From an uncultured Gemmatimonadales bacterium (GTDB taxonomy: Bacteria; Gemmatimonadota; Gemmatimonadetes; Gemmatimonadales; GWC2-71-9), in contig CAVUAK010000003.1 of the NCBI GenBank assembly GCA_963739455.1, forward strand, positions 416,001 through 480,000: DNA of 64,000 bases. The letters are read 5' to 3'. Below are positions 53,218 through 62,472 of the stretch, piece by piece. The notes below the pieces were generated by a model that was not told the DNA's origin, made no database searches, and saw nothing but the letters and a program-made list of their open reading frames with translations. Numbering within the stretch: position 1 is the stretch's first letter; every line of letters begins with the position of its first letter. The translations under genes and the position numbers were made by a program.

Positions 53218-54612
53218 TCAGCGCGCGACCATCCCGTCACGCCCGCCCCAGGCGCCGGGCCAGCCTGGCAGCCGGAATGCCAGCACGCACGCCAGGACAG
53301 CGAACGCGAGGGTGACGCCGTAGGCCATGGCAAACCCATGCACCGTGAATGTCCCCGACAGGCCGCCCACGAGCGCACTCAGTATCGCAACGGAAACGGC
53401 CTGGATCGAGAAGCGCGTGGCACTGACGAATGCCGATGCGCGCGCCACCCGCTCCCGGGGCACTGATCCGAGCGCGGTCGTGAAGGTGGTCTGGATTGTC
53501 ATGCCGAACGCCAGCCCGCGAAGCGCCAGGAGCAGCCTGATGTGCCCCAGCGGAGTGTGCGCGTCGAGGTGCATCAGGCCCCAGGTGCTGACGGCGAGCA
53601 GGAAGAACCCCGTCACGGCGAGCACGCGCGGGCCGATCTTGTCGTAGAAGCGACCGGAGAGCGGTGACGCTATGGCGGCGGCCAGTGGCTGCGACAGGAG
53701 GACGAGGCCCACGGCGCCCGGCGAGAGTCCCTGGATGGTCTCCAGGAACAGTGGCAGCAGGAACTGCGCGGCGAAGAGTCCCACCACGCCGACGTATCCC
53801 ACGATGTTGGCCGCGAGGAAGATCGGATTCTCGAGCAGTCGCACATCGAGCAGCGGAGCCGGCGACCGGTGCTCGACGACCCACAATGCTATCAGCGCGG
53901 TGACACCTACCGTCAGGCTTGCAATCACCGTCGTGGATGTGAGCCCCTCCGCCCGCGCGGACGCCGCTGCATACAGCAGTGCACCGAAGCCCACCGAGGA
54001 CAGCACCAGGCCCGGCCGGTCGAGCGGCTGCGTCTCAGGCCGCTTCCATTCCTGCAGCCATTGCCGGCCCGCCACGATGCCCCACACGCCCACCGGAACA
54101 TTGAGGAAGAAGATCCAGCGCCAGTAGCCCGCGTCCACCAGCCATCCGCCCAGGACAGGGCCCAGTGCCGGTGCCACCAGGAGCGCCATGCCGAATACGC
54201 CGAACGCGCGACCGATGCGCGATGGCGGGAAGGCACGATAGAGCAATGCCGTGCCCGACGGCTGCGTGATCCCGCCGCCAATGCCCTGCAACACCCGGCC
54301 GGCAATCAGCCATGAGAGCGACGGCGCCAGTCCACACGCGATCGAGCCGGCAGTGAACAAGGCGAGACCGAGAATGAACATCCGCTTGAGGCCGAACCGA
54401 TCGGCGAGATAGCCGGCCACTGGCGTCACGATCCCCAGTACGAGCACGTAAAGACTGACAATCCATTGCGCCGACTGGAGGGACGCCCCGAACTCGCGCT
54501 TCAACGTGGGAAAGGCGACGTTCACCACCGTGCTGTCCAGGATGACCATGAACACGCCGGTTACGACGCATGCGAGGGTCTTCCAGGGACTTCGTTGGGC
54601 CTCCTCAGCCAT
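53218..54612 (-). CDS. DHA2 (EmrB/QacA) MFS transporter
   Basis: FMVILDSTVVNVAFP, LADRFG, GRVLQGIGGG, WRWIFFLNVP. Confidence 0.93.
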   Translation of the reverse strand: MAEEAQRSPWKTLACVVTGVFMVILDSTVVNVAFPTLKREFGASLQSAQWIVSLYVLVLGIVTPVAGYLADRFGLKRMFILGLALFTAGSIACGLAPSLSWLIAGRVLQGIGGGITQPSGTALLYRAFPPSRIGRAFGVFGMALLVAPALGPVLGGWLVDAGYWRWIFFLNVPVGVWGIVAGRQWLQEWKRPETQPLDRPGLVLSSVGFGALLYAAASARAEGLTSTTVIASLTVGVTALIALWVVEHRSPAPLLDVRLLENPIFLAANIVGYVGVVGLFAAQFLLPLFLETIQGLSPGAVGLVLLSQPLAAAIASPLSGRFYDKIGPRVLAVTGFFLLAVSTWGLMHLDAHTPLGHIRLLLALRGLAFGMTIQTTFTTALGSVPRERVARASAFVSATRFSIQAVSVAILSALVGGLSGTFTVHGFAMAYGVTLAFAVLACVLAFRLPGWPGAWGGRDGMVAR

Positions 54613-56465
54613 CCATCACCCCGTTTCCCGCCAGTGGATGCCGCTGCCCGCAGCGCATTGAGGATCACCACCACGTCGATCCCCTCCTGCAACAGGGCGC
54701 CGACCGTGGCAGGAATGTAGCCAGCAGCGGCCAGCAGCATTGCGAACGAACTGAGCCCGAGTCCGGCGAGGGCGCTCTGCCGGGCGATGTGTGATGTCCA
54801 GCGACTGACCTCGATCGCATCCAGCAGGCGACGTGGGTCATCTGCCAGGATCACGACGTCGGCGGCTTCGGCCGTGATGCCGCCGCGGCCGGACGCGAGC
54901 GCGACCCCCACGGTCGCGGTGCTCAACGCCGGGGCATCGTTCGTTCCGTCACCCACCATGACTACACGGGTACCGTTGGAAGCCAGCGCGCGAACTGCCT
55001 CGACCTTGTCTTCCGGCAAGAGGTCGCCGCGCGCCTCGTCGAATCCCAGGCGCGCCCCGATAGCCTCCGTATTCGCCCGACTGTCGCCGGAGAGCAGGAC
55101 GGTGCGACGAATGCCCGATGCGCGAAGCTCCGCCACGAGGCGGTCCATGCCGGGCCGCAAGGCGTCCGCATACACGATGACGCCTGCGAGGGCGCCGTCG
55201 ACGACGACAAATGCGCGGACGGCACCGCCGGCGTCACGATGTTCGCCTTCCATCTCGTTGAGCTCGGCGCTGATCCCGGGGTGAAGGTCGCGCAGCAGGC
55301 TCGCCGCCCCCACCAGGACGCGCTGTCCACCGACCGTGCCCTCGATGCCCCGTCCAGCCACCTCGACCACGTTGGTCGCCTTAACAAGGGAGCCGCCCAG
55401 GGCACGGGCCGCCGCGACCACGGGCCGGGCCAGCAGGTGCCCCGAGGTGTCTTCCACCGCGCCTGCCAGCCGCAGCACATCATCGGTTGCGAACGGGGTG
55501 CGGGTCCACACCGCCGTGACCTCAGGTCGGCCCAGCGTCAGGGTGCCCGTCTTGTCGAACACCGCAACCGTCGCGCGACCGAGTTCCTCCAGCGCCATGC
55601 CGGACCGGAAGACCACCTGCCGGCGCGCCGCGCGGTTGATCCCGCCGATCACCGCCACGGGAACAGCGAGAATGAGGGGGCAGGGGGTCGCTACCACGAG
55701 CACGGCAAGCACTCGCTGTGCGTCACCCGACGCGAGCCATGCGATGGCGCAGACCGCCAGGGTCAGGGGCGTGAACCATACGGCGTAGCGATCAGCCAGG
55801 CGCTGCATGGGCGCCTTGCTCTGCTGCGCGTGCCGGACGAGCTCAACGATGCGGGCGTACTGACTTTGCGCCGCCGGTGCCGTGACACGGAGAGTGAGCG
55901 GCCCATCCAGGTTGGCCATGCCGCTCAGCAGCGCGGTGCCTGGTTCCGCGAGCCGCGGCATTGGTTCTCCGGTCAGCGCGGCCGTGTCCAGGTGCGATCG
56001 TCCACTCACCACGATGCCGTCACACGGGATCATGTCGCCGGGCCGGACGATCAGCAGGTCGCCTGTCGCCACCTCGGTGGCGGCGACCTCCTCTTCGTTC
56101 TCCGCGACGAGCCGGTGCGCCAGCCGGGGCGCTGCGTCCTCGAGCGCGCGGACGGCCTCCGATGCGCGACCTTCGGCATAGCGCTCGAGCGCCTCGCCCC
56201 CGGTCTGCATCAACACCACGATCAGGCCGGGGAGGGGTGAGGCAAGGAGGGCGGCCGTGATGATGGCCAGGGTAGCCACGAGGTCAGTGTCGAACCTGCC
56301 GCGCAGCACTCCGCGCAGGGTACGGATGACCACGGGCGGACCGGTGAGGAGAAGGCCTGCCGTCCACACCAGCCGCGCGGCGGGCAAGTTGCCGCTCAGC
56401 TGCCCGCCCAGTCCGGCAAGGATCGCGACCAGGGCGGCCGCGGGGACGAGCGTGAACCGGGTCAC
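54561..56465 (-). CDS. Heavy-metal P1B-type ATPase (P1B-5-like motifs)
   Basis: LTGE, ATPCP, DKTGT, GDGTNDAPAL, QEGID; GTGA overlap with the regulator. Confidence 0.92.
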   Translation of the reverse strand: MTRFTLVPAAALVAILAGLGGQLSGNLPAARLVWTAGLLLTGPPVVIRTLRGVLRGRFDTDLVATLAIITAALLASPLPGLIVVLMQTGGEALERYAEGRASEAVRALEDAAPRLAHRLVAENEEEVAATEVATGDLLIVRPGDMIPCDGIVVSGRSHLDTAALTGEPMPRLAEPGTALLSGMANLDGPLTLRVTAPAAQSQYARIVELVRHAQQSKAPMQRLADRYAVWFTPLTLAVCAIAWLASGDAQRVLAVLVVATPCPLILAVPVAVIGGINRAARRQVVFRSGMALEELGRATVAVFDKTGTLTLGRPEVTAVWTRTPFATDDVLRLAGAVEDTSGHLLARPVVAAARALGGSLVKATNVVEVAGRGIEGTVGGQRVLVGAASLLRDLHPGISAELNEMEGEHRDAGGAVRAFVVVDGALAGVIVYADALRPGMDRLVAELRASGIRRTVLLSGDSRANTEAIGARLGFDEARGDLLPEDKVEAVRALASNGTRVVMVGDGTNDAPALSTATVGVALASGRGGITAEAADVVILADDPRRLLDAIEVSRWTSHIARQSALAGLGLSSFAMLLAAAGYIPATVGALLQEGIDVVVILNALRAAASTGGKRGDGWLRRPNEVPGRPSHAS

Positions 56466-57166
56466 GCGATGCTGCTTGAGTGCTCCTCCACCTCTGCTCC
56501 GTCGCGGAGGGAGAAGCCCACGCCGCGCACCGTCTGGATGAGTTGCCGGCCGCAGCCCGACTGAAGCTTGCGCCTGAGGTTGCCAACATGCACATCGACC
56601 ACGTTGCTCTCCGGGTCGAAGTGCATGTCCCACACCTTCTCGAGCAGCTGCGTGCGACGCACGACCTCCTCGGCGTGGAGGAGGAAGTGCTCGAGCAGCT
56701 GGAACTCCTTGTTGGTCAGGTCGAGTGGCTTGTCGACGGCCGTCGCCTGGTGCCTGAGCCGGTCGAGTGCAATCGGTCCGTATCGCAGGACATCCAGCCG
56801 CTCCGCCCCGCCGCGACGGAGCAGCGCCCGCACCCGGGCGAGCAACTCGTCAAAGCGGAACGGCTTCGAGAGATAGTCATCGGCTCCGCTGTCGAGGCCA
56901 CGAACGATGTCCTCGACCGCATCGCGCGATGTCAGCATCAGGATCGGGGTGTTGCGGCCCTCGCGCCGGAGTTCCTGCGCCACCTGAAAGCCGGACTTCT
57001 TGGGGAGCACGACGTCGAGAAGGATGACATCGTATCGATAAACGTGGGCAAGCATCGTGGCTTCCGCTCCGTCCGCGGCAATGTCGACGACATAGCCCTC
57101 CTCCTTGAGCCCCTGCTCGATGAAGCCGGCCACCTTCCGGTCGTCTTCCACAAGGAGAACTTTCAC
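56462..57166 (-). CDS. OmpR/PhoB-family response regulator
   Basis: LLVEDD, LLDVVLP, GADDYLSKPF, SNVVDVHV, TVRGVGF. Confidence 0.96.
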   Translation of the reverse strand: MKVLLVEDDRKVAGFIEQGLKEEGYVVDIAADGAEATMLAHVYRYDVILLDVVLPKKSGFQVAQELRREGRNTPILMLTSRDAVEDIVRGLDSGADDYLSKPFRFDELLARVRALLRRGGAERLDVLRYGPIALDRLRHQATAVDKPLDLTNKEFQLLEHFLLHAEEVVRRTQLLEKVWDMHFDPESNVVDVHVGNLRRKLQSGCGRQLIQTVRGVGFSLRDGAEVEEHSSSIA

Positions 57167-57248
57167 GGCGCGATCTCCACTGGCTGGTTGTGACGGGAAT
57201 GTCCCGCTGGTGGCGTGAGTCGGCCCGGAAGTCTCCGTGAAGATTACT

Positions 57249-58484
57249 TCATGCTGGCGGGGCCTGGGGCAGGCGCAGCACGAAATGCCCTCCGCCGGTG
57301 CGGCTGGCCTCGGCAAAAAGATCGCCGCCCAGGAGCCGCGCGAGTCGCCGCGATAGCGGAAGCCCCAGCCCGACGCCACGGGCTTCCTCGCCTGCCTTGG
57401 TTTCGTAGATATCAAAAATGCGCTCGAGGTCATCCTCGGGTACGCCGGGACCGGCGTCTTCCACCCGGAAGAGGAGTGATGCATCGTCGTCGGGCCCGAC
57501 ACGGAGCAGGACGACGCTTCCTTCCGGGGCGTGGCGCACGGCGTTGTTCAGCACGTTGCCAAGAATCTGCTCCACCCGCATCGCGTCAGTCATGCATGTG
57601 GGCATCGCGGGAGCCAGGACGCTTCGCAGCGCGATGTTGCGCTGGGCGGCGGCTGGTGTTGCGTGGCTGATCGCGCGCCGTACGACCGCGGCCGGGTCGA
57701 CGGCCTGGAGGTTGGGTCGGAGCCGGTCTTCATCGAGTCGGGACAGGTCGAGGAGGTCGTTGATCAGGTCGACCGCCTGGCCCGCCGAGTCCAGAACCTC
57801 GAACGCGGCGCGGGGCACCGTGGCGGGGTCCTTTTTCCGCACCATCATTTCGGCCCAGCCGTACACGCCCGCAATGGCGTTGCGCAGCTCATGGTTGACC
57901 ATGGCGAAGAATCGCTCGCGCGCCCGCTGCAGTCCCTGGACTTCCTCGAGCAGCCGCGCGCTCTCCCCGTGCAACCGGGCGTTCTCCACTGCCGCCGCGG
58001 CCTGGGCCGCGAGCAGGAGTCCTACGTACTCATCTTCGTCGGTGAAATAGCCCCCGCCCAGCTTCTCGGTCATGTAGAGGTTGCCGAACACGCCGCGGCG
58101 GCCAACGATCGGCACCCCGAGAAACGAGTGCATCGGCGGGTGATGGGGCGGGAAGCCGTAGGAATCGGGATGCTTCTTGAGGTCGGGGAGGCGTACGACC
58201 GCAGCCTCCCGGATCACGAGCCCGAGTATCCCATGCCCGCGGGGCAGGGCCCCGATCTGGTGGCGGTGCTCAGGTGTGATGCCCGTGGTGGTGAAGCTCT
58301 CGAGGGTGCGCCCATCGGGTGACACCACGCCGAGCGCGGCATACCGGCAATCGATGAGCTCTACGGCGACGTCGGTGACCTTCTGCAGCACGCGATCGAT
58401 CGACATCTCCGTCGTGAACGACAGGTTCGCCTCCAACAATCGCTCGAGCCGGAGTTGTGCGGACGGCTTCTTGTCATCGGTCAT
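57249..58484 (-). CDS. Cytoplasmic GAF-domain sensor histidine kinase (DosS-like GAF)
   Basis: HPDSYGFPPHHPPMHSFLGVPI; H-box NHELRN; NVLNNAVRH; DAGPG; GVGLGL. Confidence 0.92.
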   Translation of the reverse strand: MTDDKKPSAQLRLERLLEANLSFTTEMSIDRVLQKVTDVAVELIDCRYAALGVVSPDGRTLESFTTTGITPEHRHQIGALPRGHGILGLVIREAAVVRLPDLKKHPDSYGFPPHHPPMHSFLGVPIVGRRGVFGNLYMTEKLGGGYFTDEDEYVGLLLAAQAAAAVENARLHGESARLLEEVQGLQRARERFFAMVNHELRNAIAGVYGWAEMMVRKKDPATVPRAAFEVLDSAGQAVDLINDLLDLSRLDEDRLRPNLQAVDPAAVVRRAISHATPAAAQRNIALRSVLAPAMPTCMTDAMRVEQILGNVLNNAVRHAPEGSVVLLRVGPDDDASLLFRVEDAGPGVPEDDLERIFDIYETKAGEEARGVGLGLPLSRRLARLLGGDLFAEASRTGGGHFVLRLPQAPPA

Positions 58485-58566
58485 GCCGGAAGGTAAGTGG
58501 TCGACTTGGCACACTTCACCCCCCTTTCACCGTCGTTTCACCGGGTCGCTGCCAGCGTTGTGCGAC

Positions 58567-59145
58567 ATGCTTTCCCTTGCCCACATCGTCGCGGCCTTCG
58601 GTCCCGGCAACACCACCGAGAGTGCCCTGCGGGTGGCGTCCACCCTGGCCGGGACGACCCACGCGCGCCTCACCCCGTTCTCCCTCATCCACAACGTGGG
58701 GGCGGGGGGCGTGGCGGGAATCGAGATAACCCGCTTCGCCGAAATGACCCAGGCCGACCTCGTCGTGCTGCCGCGGATGCTCCTCGGCGGTGGGCTCCTT
58801 GCCGACGAGGTCACACGGCGCAGCCGGGTGCCCTGTCTGGTGGTATCACCAGGCCAGGAAGATCTCGGTCGATGGTTGATCGCGCTGGATGGATCGCCCC
58901 GAGGTACACTGGTGCTTTCTGTGGTCACGCCCCTGGTCGAGGCACTGGGAGCCACTGCGGTACCAGTGACGGTGAGGGGCGGAGACGTGATGACAGAGGT
59001 CTTGCGCCAGCGGGAGGGGATGAATGCGGGGGTGCTGGCGATTGGGTCGCGACCAGGTGGTCCACCTCCGCCCATTCCCGAGGGCAGCCTGGCACGTCGC
59101 TTCGTCAATGACGCGCCTTGCATGGTGTTGACCGTGCCGCTCTGA
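58567..59145 (+). CDS. Compact universal stress protein (two reduced USP domains)
   Basis: ADLVVL..RRSRVPCLVV..LIALDGS..LAIGS..GSLARRFVNDAPCMVLTVP. Confidence 0.8.
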   Translation: MLSLAHIVAAFGPGNTTESALRVASTLAGTTHARLTPFSLIHNVGAGGVAGIEITRFAEMTQADLVVLPRMLLGGGLLADEVTRRSRVPCLVVSPGQEDLGRWLIALDGSPRGTLVLSVVTPLVEALGATAVPVTVRGGDVMTEVLRQREGMNAGVLAIGSRPGGPPPPIPEGSLARRFVNDAPCMVLTVPL

Positions 59146-59175
59146 CCCGGCGGACCGCATGGCTACACTTGTCGG

Positions 59176-60105
59176 ATGCCTGCATCCCTCCTGCTACTGT
59201 TGCCCTACCTGTTGGCCGCCGTGGCCGCGCTGATCCTGGCGGGACCTCAACTCCGCCCCGGCGTCATTGGCGTCGTGCTGGTGACGCTGGCGACCGCGGC
59301 CGAGTCCCGGGTCGGTGCCGGGACACCCTCCTTCCGCGTAATCAATGCCGCGTTGCTCTACGGAGGGCTGGTCCTCTTCGCGGTCGCCGTCGCGATGAAC
59401 CTCAAGGGATCGCGTTCCGCGATGCCTTCACCTGTCCCGGCGCACGGTCCGTCATCTCCTGCAACCAGCATCCTGCGTCGATGGGGAATGCCGGTGCTGC
59501 TTGCCCTGCTCCTCATCCCATCGCTCTGGTTTGTGCTTACCGTCGCGGGACCCGAAGCCTGGACCATCGAGGGGCTTCGCGAGGCGCCGTTCAGTCCGGC
59601 GGGAGAGATCCTCCTGGCGTCGCTGGTTCTCCCGGCTACCCTGGTGCTCGCCGGCATCTGGCCGTTTGGTGCCATTGCAGGTGGCCCACGCTACGCCCCA
59701 CTCGGGGCATTGCTGCTCATCGCCGTGGTGCTGCCGATGGCTGGCGACGGCCTGGAGCACTGGCGCTCCCTGTACTCCGGCTGGCTTGTGTTGGCTGCGT
59801 CAATTGTTGCGGTGAGGCCGAGCTGGCCGAAGCTGATGGCATGCGGAGCCCTGTTTGCCACGGCATGCGGAAGTGACTTCGCGCTCTGGGCGGGCGTATC
59901 GCTGAGCATCATCGCCAGCCTGTTGTGGCTCCGGCCGGCCCTCGCCGGGCCATGGCTGCGACTGGCGTACCTCGCCGCCGGCGTGTGCGGCATCGTGGCA
60001 CTCGGGTATACGCTCGCGAACGAAGTGGTGTATTCGGTGCTGATGCTGGCGGCGGTCGTGCTCGCTGTGCTGCGAACTCGGACGGGCGCGCCAGCTGCCG
60101 GCTAG
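59176..60105 (+). CDS. Polytopic membrane hypothetical protein
   Basis: 309-aa ORF with many hydrophobic segments. Confidence 0.7.
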   Translation: MPASLLLLLPYLLAAVAALILAGPQLRPGVIGVVLVTLATAAESRVGAGTPSFRVINAALLYGGLVLFAVAVAMNLKGSRSAMPSPVPAHGPSSPATSILRRWGMPVLLALLLIPSLWFVLTVAGPEAWTIEGLREAPFSPAGEILLASLVLPATLVLAGIWPFGAIAGGPRYAPLGALLLIAVVLPMAGDGLEHWRSLYSGWLVLAASIVAVRPSWPKLMACGALFATACGSDFALWAGVSLSIIASLLWLRPALAGPWLRLAYLAAGVCGIVALGYTLANEVVYSVLMLAAVVLAVLRTRTGAPAAG

Positions 60106-60560
60106 TAGCTGGAGAAGACCGTTGTCTTTCCCGCCGCGTCGAACGCCACCACCTTGTAGTGCTCCGGCGTGCCGCCCTCCATTCCTGGCGAACCAGTCAC
60201 CATCCCAGGCACGGCGAGTCCGACAACCTTCGGATGTTCCTTGAGCAGTCGCTCGATATCTGCTGCGGGAACGTGACCCTCAATCACGTACCCGCCGACC
60301 ATCGCGGTATGGCACGACGAGACCGCGTCAGGGACGCCCAGCTCCGCCTTCACGGCAGCCATGCCGCTCGTGTCGTGGGCCACCACGGTGAACCCCTGCT
60401 TTCGCAGGTAGTCCACCCACTTGCTGCAGCACTGGCAGGTGGGAGACTTGTAGACCACCACCTCGGTGACGGCGGCTGGTCGCGCGGCAACGGTGACGGT
60501 CACGATCGCAGCCATGCCAAGCACGATGCCGGTGAGCCGGCGCACAAGGCTGGTGGTCAC
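60102..60560 (-). CDS. DUF411/CopG-like periplasmic metal-binding protein
   Basis: YKSPTCQCCSKW, SCHT, IEGHVPA, GLAVPGM. Confidence 0.92.
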   Translation of the reverse strand: MTTSLVRRLTGIVLGMAAIVTVTVAARPAAVTEVVVYKSPTCQCCSKWVDYLRKQGFTVVAHDTSGMAAVKAELGVPDAVSSCHTAMVGGYVIEGHVPAADIERLLKEHPKVVGLAVPGMVTGSPGMEGGTPEHYKVVAFDAAGKTTVFSSY

Positions 60561-60871
60561 GGAGCGTCCGGCGATGTGGGATCGGGCACCTCACGGAATT
60601 CCGTGTGCTCGGCGGGCACTTCACGGAAGTCGCCGGCGACGCGCAAGCGGGCCATGCGATCACCCATGAAGTTCAGGCGTCGTTCCCTCAGCCCGGGAAA
60701 GAGCGGCACCACGTCGTACCACACGCCAATATTGAGGTCGGGGTGCTTCAACCGGTATTCGGGCTTCAGCCGGGCCTGATAACGGGCCATGGCGCCTCCA
60801 ATGGCTGCTTTCAAGGTGTCTCCGGGGGTAGGCGGTGGTTCGTGTGCCGGCCGGAAGTGTATGCGACGCAA
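60557..60871 (-). CDS. Small hypothetical protein (start may be 60790)
   Basis: ARLKPEY..GVWYDV..VPAEHTEFRE; GTGA overlap with DUF411. Confidence 0.6.
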   Translation of the reverse strand: MRRIHFRPAHEPPPTPGDTLKAAIGGAMARYQARLKPEYRLKHPDLNIGVWYDVVPLFPGLRERRLNFMGDRMARLRVAGDFREVPAEHTEFREVPDPTSPDAP

Positions 60872-60893
60872 GCGTTACGTCAATTCATAAATG

Positions 60894-60922
60894 TTGACCG
60901 CCCCCTCAGGGGTGTCCATATT
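60894..60922 (+). promoter_or_regulatory. Sigma70-like promoter of sod
   Basis: TTGACC-N17-CATATT. Confidence 0.6.
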
Positions 60923-60976
60923 TGGCCGCGCGCCCGGCCCGACTGACGGGTCGGCGCTCCTACAGCGAGGCATACC

Positions 60977-61585
60977 ATGGCATTCACGCTCCCGCCCCTC
61001 CCATACGACTACACCGCTCTGGAGCCGCACATCGACGAACAGACGATGCGGATCCATCACGACAAGCATCACGCTGCGTATGTCAACAACCTGAACACTG
61101 CATTGGAACCCCACGCAGCCCTGCAGTCCAGGAGCCTCGATGCGCTCCTGGGCGACCTCGCTGCCGTACCCGAGGCCATCCGTGGCGCCGTCCGGAACAA
61201 TGGAGGTGGCCACTGGAACCATACGATGTTCTGGGAGATCATGTCGCCCGGAGGCGCAAAGGAGCCCCAGGGCGCGCTGGCCGCTGCCATCGACAAGGCG
61301 TTTGGCGGCTTCGCTCCATTCAAGGAACAGTTCCAGAAGGCGTGTGTCGGGCGGTTTGGCAGCGGCTGGGCATGGCTGGTGGCCGACGGCAAGGGCGGAG
61401 TGAGCATCGAGAGCACGCCCAACCAGGACAACCCGCTCATGGAAGGCAAGAAGGCGGTCCTCGGCTGCGATGTGTGGGAGCACGCGTACTACCTCAAGTA
61501 CCAGAACCGCCGCCCGGACTATGTGGGCGCGTGGTGGAACGTGGTGAACTGGACCGAGGTCGGGAAGCGCTTCGAGCAGCGGTAG
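60977..61585 (+). CDS. sodA: Superoxide dismutase, Mn-type signature
   Basis: [30 protein letters not shown]. Confidence 0.96.
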   Translation: MAFTLPPLPYDYTALEPHIDEQTMRIHHDKHHAAYVNNLNTALEPHAALQSRSLDALLGDLAAVPEAIRGAVRNNGGGHWNHTMFWEIMSPGGAKEPQGALAAAIDKAFGGFAPFKEQFQKACVGRFGSGWAWLVADGKGGVSIESTPNQDNPLMEGKKAVLGCDVWEHAYYLKYQNRRPDYVGAWWNVVNWTEVGKRFEQR

Positions 61586-61615
61586 TCAACCCCTCAACAG
61601 GACACATGCAACGAG

Positions 61616-62074
61616 ATGGCGCTTCCCCCGGTTGGTTCGCCCGCCCCCGACTTCACCTTGCCGTCCACGTCGGGGTCTGACGTCACCCTGTCCGCACTCC
61701 GCGGCAAGAACGTCCTCCTCGCGTTCTTTCCGCTGGCATTCACCAGTACCTGCACCGCCGAGATGTGCTCCTTCACCGAAGACTACGACAAGTTCGGCGG
61801 GGCTGACGCGGTGGTCCTGCCGATCAGTGTCGATGCGGTGCCCTCGCTTGTCGAGTTCAAGCGCAAGGAAAACCTCGGCGTGGAGTTGCTCAGCGATTTC
61901 AAGCGCGAGGTCTCGCGCAAGTACGGCACGCTCCTCGAGGAGCGCTTCTTCTCCAATCGCGCCTACGTCCTCATCGATCGTGAGGGAGTGATCCGGTGGG
62001 CTTTCATGGAAGCGACGCCCGGATCGCGCCGGGAGAACGCCGAGATTCTCGAGCAACTGGCGAAACTCGGCTGA
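61616..62074 (+). CDS. Peroxiredoxin (AhpE/BCP-like)
   Basis: [22 protein letters not shown]. Confidence 0.92.
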   Translation: MALPPVGSPAPDFTLPSTSGSDVTLSALRGKNVLLAFFPLAFTSTCTAEMCSFTEDYDKFGGADAVVLPISVDAVPSLVEFKRKENLGVELLSDFKREVSRKYGTLLEERFFSNRAYVLIDREGVIRWAFMEATPGSRRENAEILEQLAKLG

Positions 62075-62472
62075 ACGGCCCCATTCCCCGTCCCGCCTCG
62101 CCCGGCTGGCCCGGGCTCGCCTCAGTCCTCCTCGTGGTCTTGCTGCTCCAGGCCTGTACGATCGAGGATCGCACACCCACAGGAAGCCGTCGCGACCAGG
62201 CGGAGATCCAGCGCCTCATCTACGCGTATCACCGCGCCGCCACCGCCGATCCCTCGGGCGACCCGAGTCCTGGCGAGATGCGGGTGGTGCGCGTTGATCT
62301 CCGGCAGGAGGGCGACCTGGCGGCGGCGTGGGTCACGGCCAGGCTACCGGGACCCGCGGACACGGAAGTGCTTGAGCATTTCGTATTGCGCAGGACTGGG
62401 AGTGACTGGCGCGTCGTGAATGTGGGCGTCGCCTCGGAGCGTCCCGCGGGTCCCAGGCGCGCGTCGCCGTGA
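62071..62472 (+). CDS. Putative small lipoprotein (start uncertain)
   Basis: LLLQAC lipobox; HFVLRR...WRVV NTF2-like end. Confidence 0.55.
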   Translation: MNGPIPRPASPGWPGLASVLLVVLLLQACTIEDRTPTGSRRDQAEIQRLIYAYHRAATADPSGDPSPGEMRVVRVDLRQEGDLAAAWVTARLPGPADTEVLEHFVLRRTGSDWRVVNVGVASERPAGPRRASP

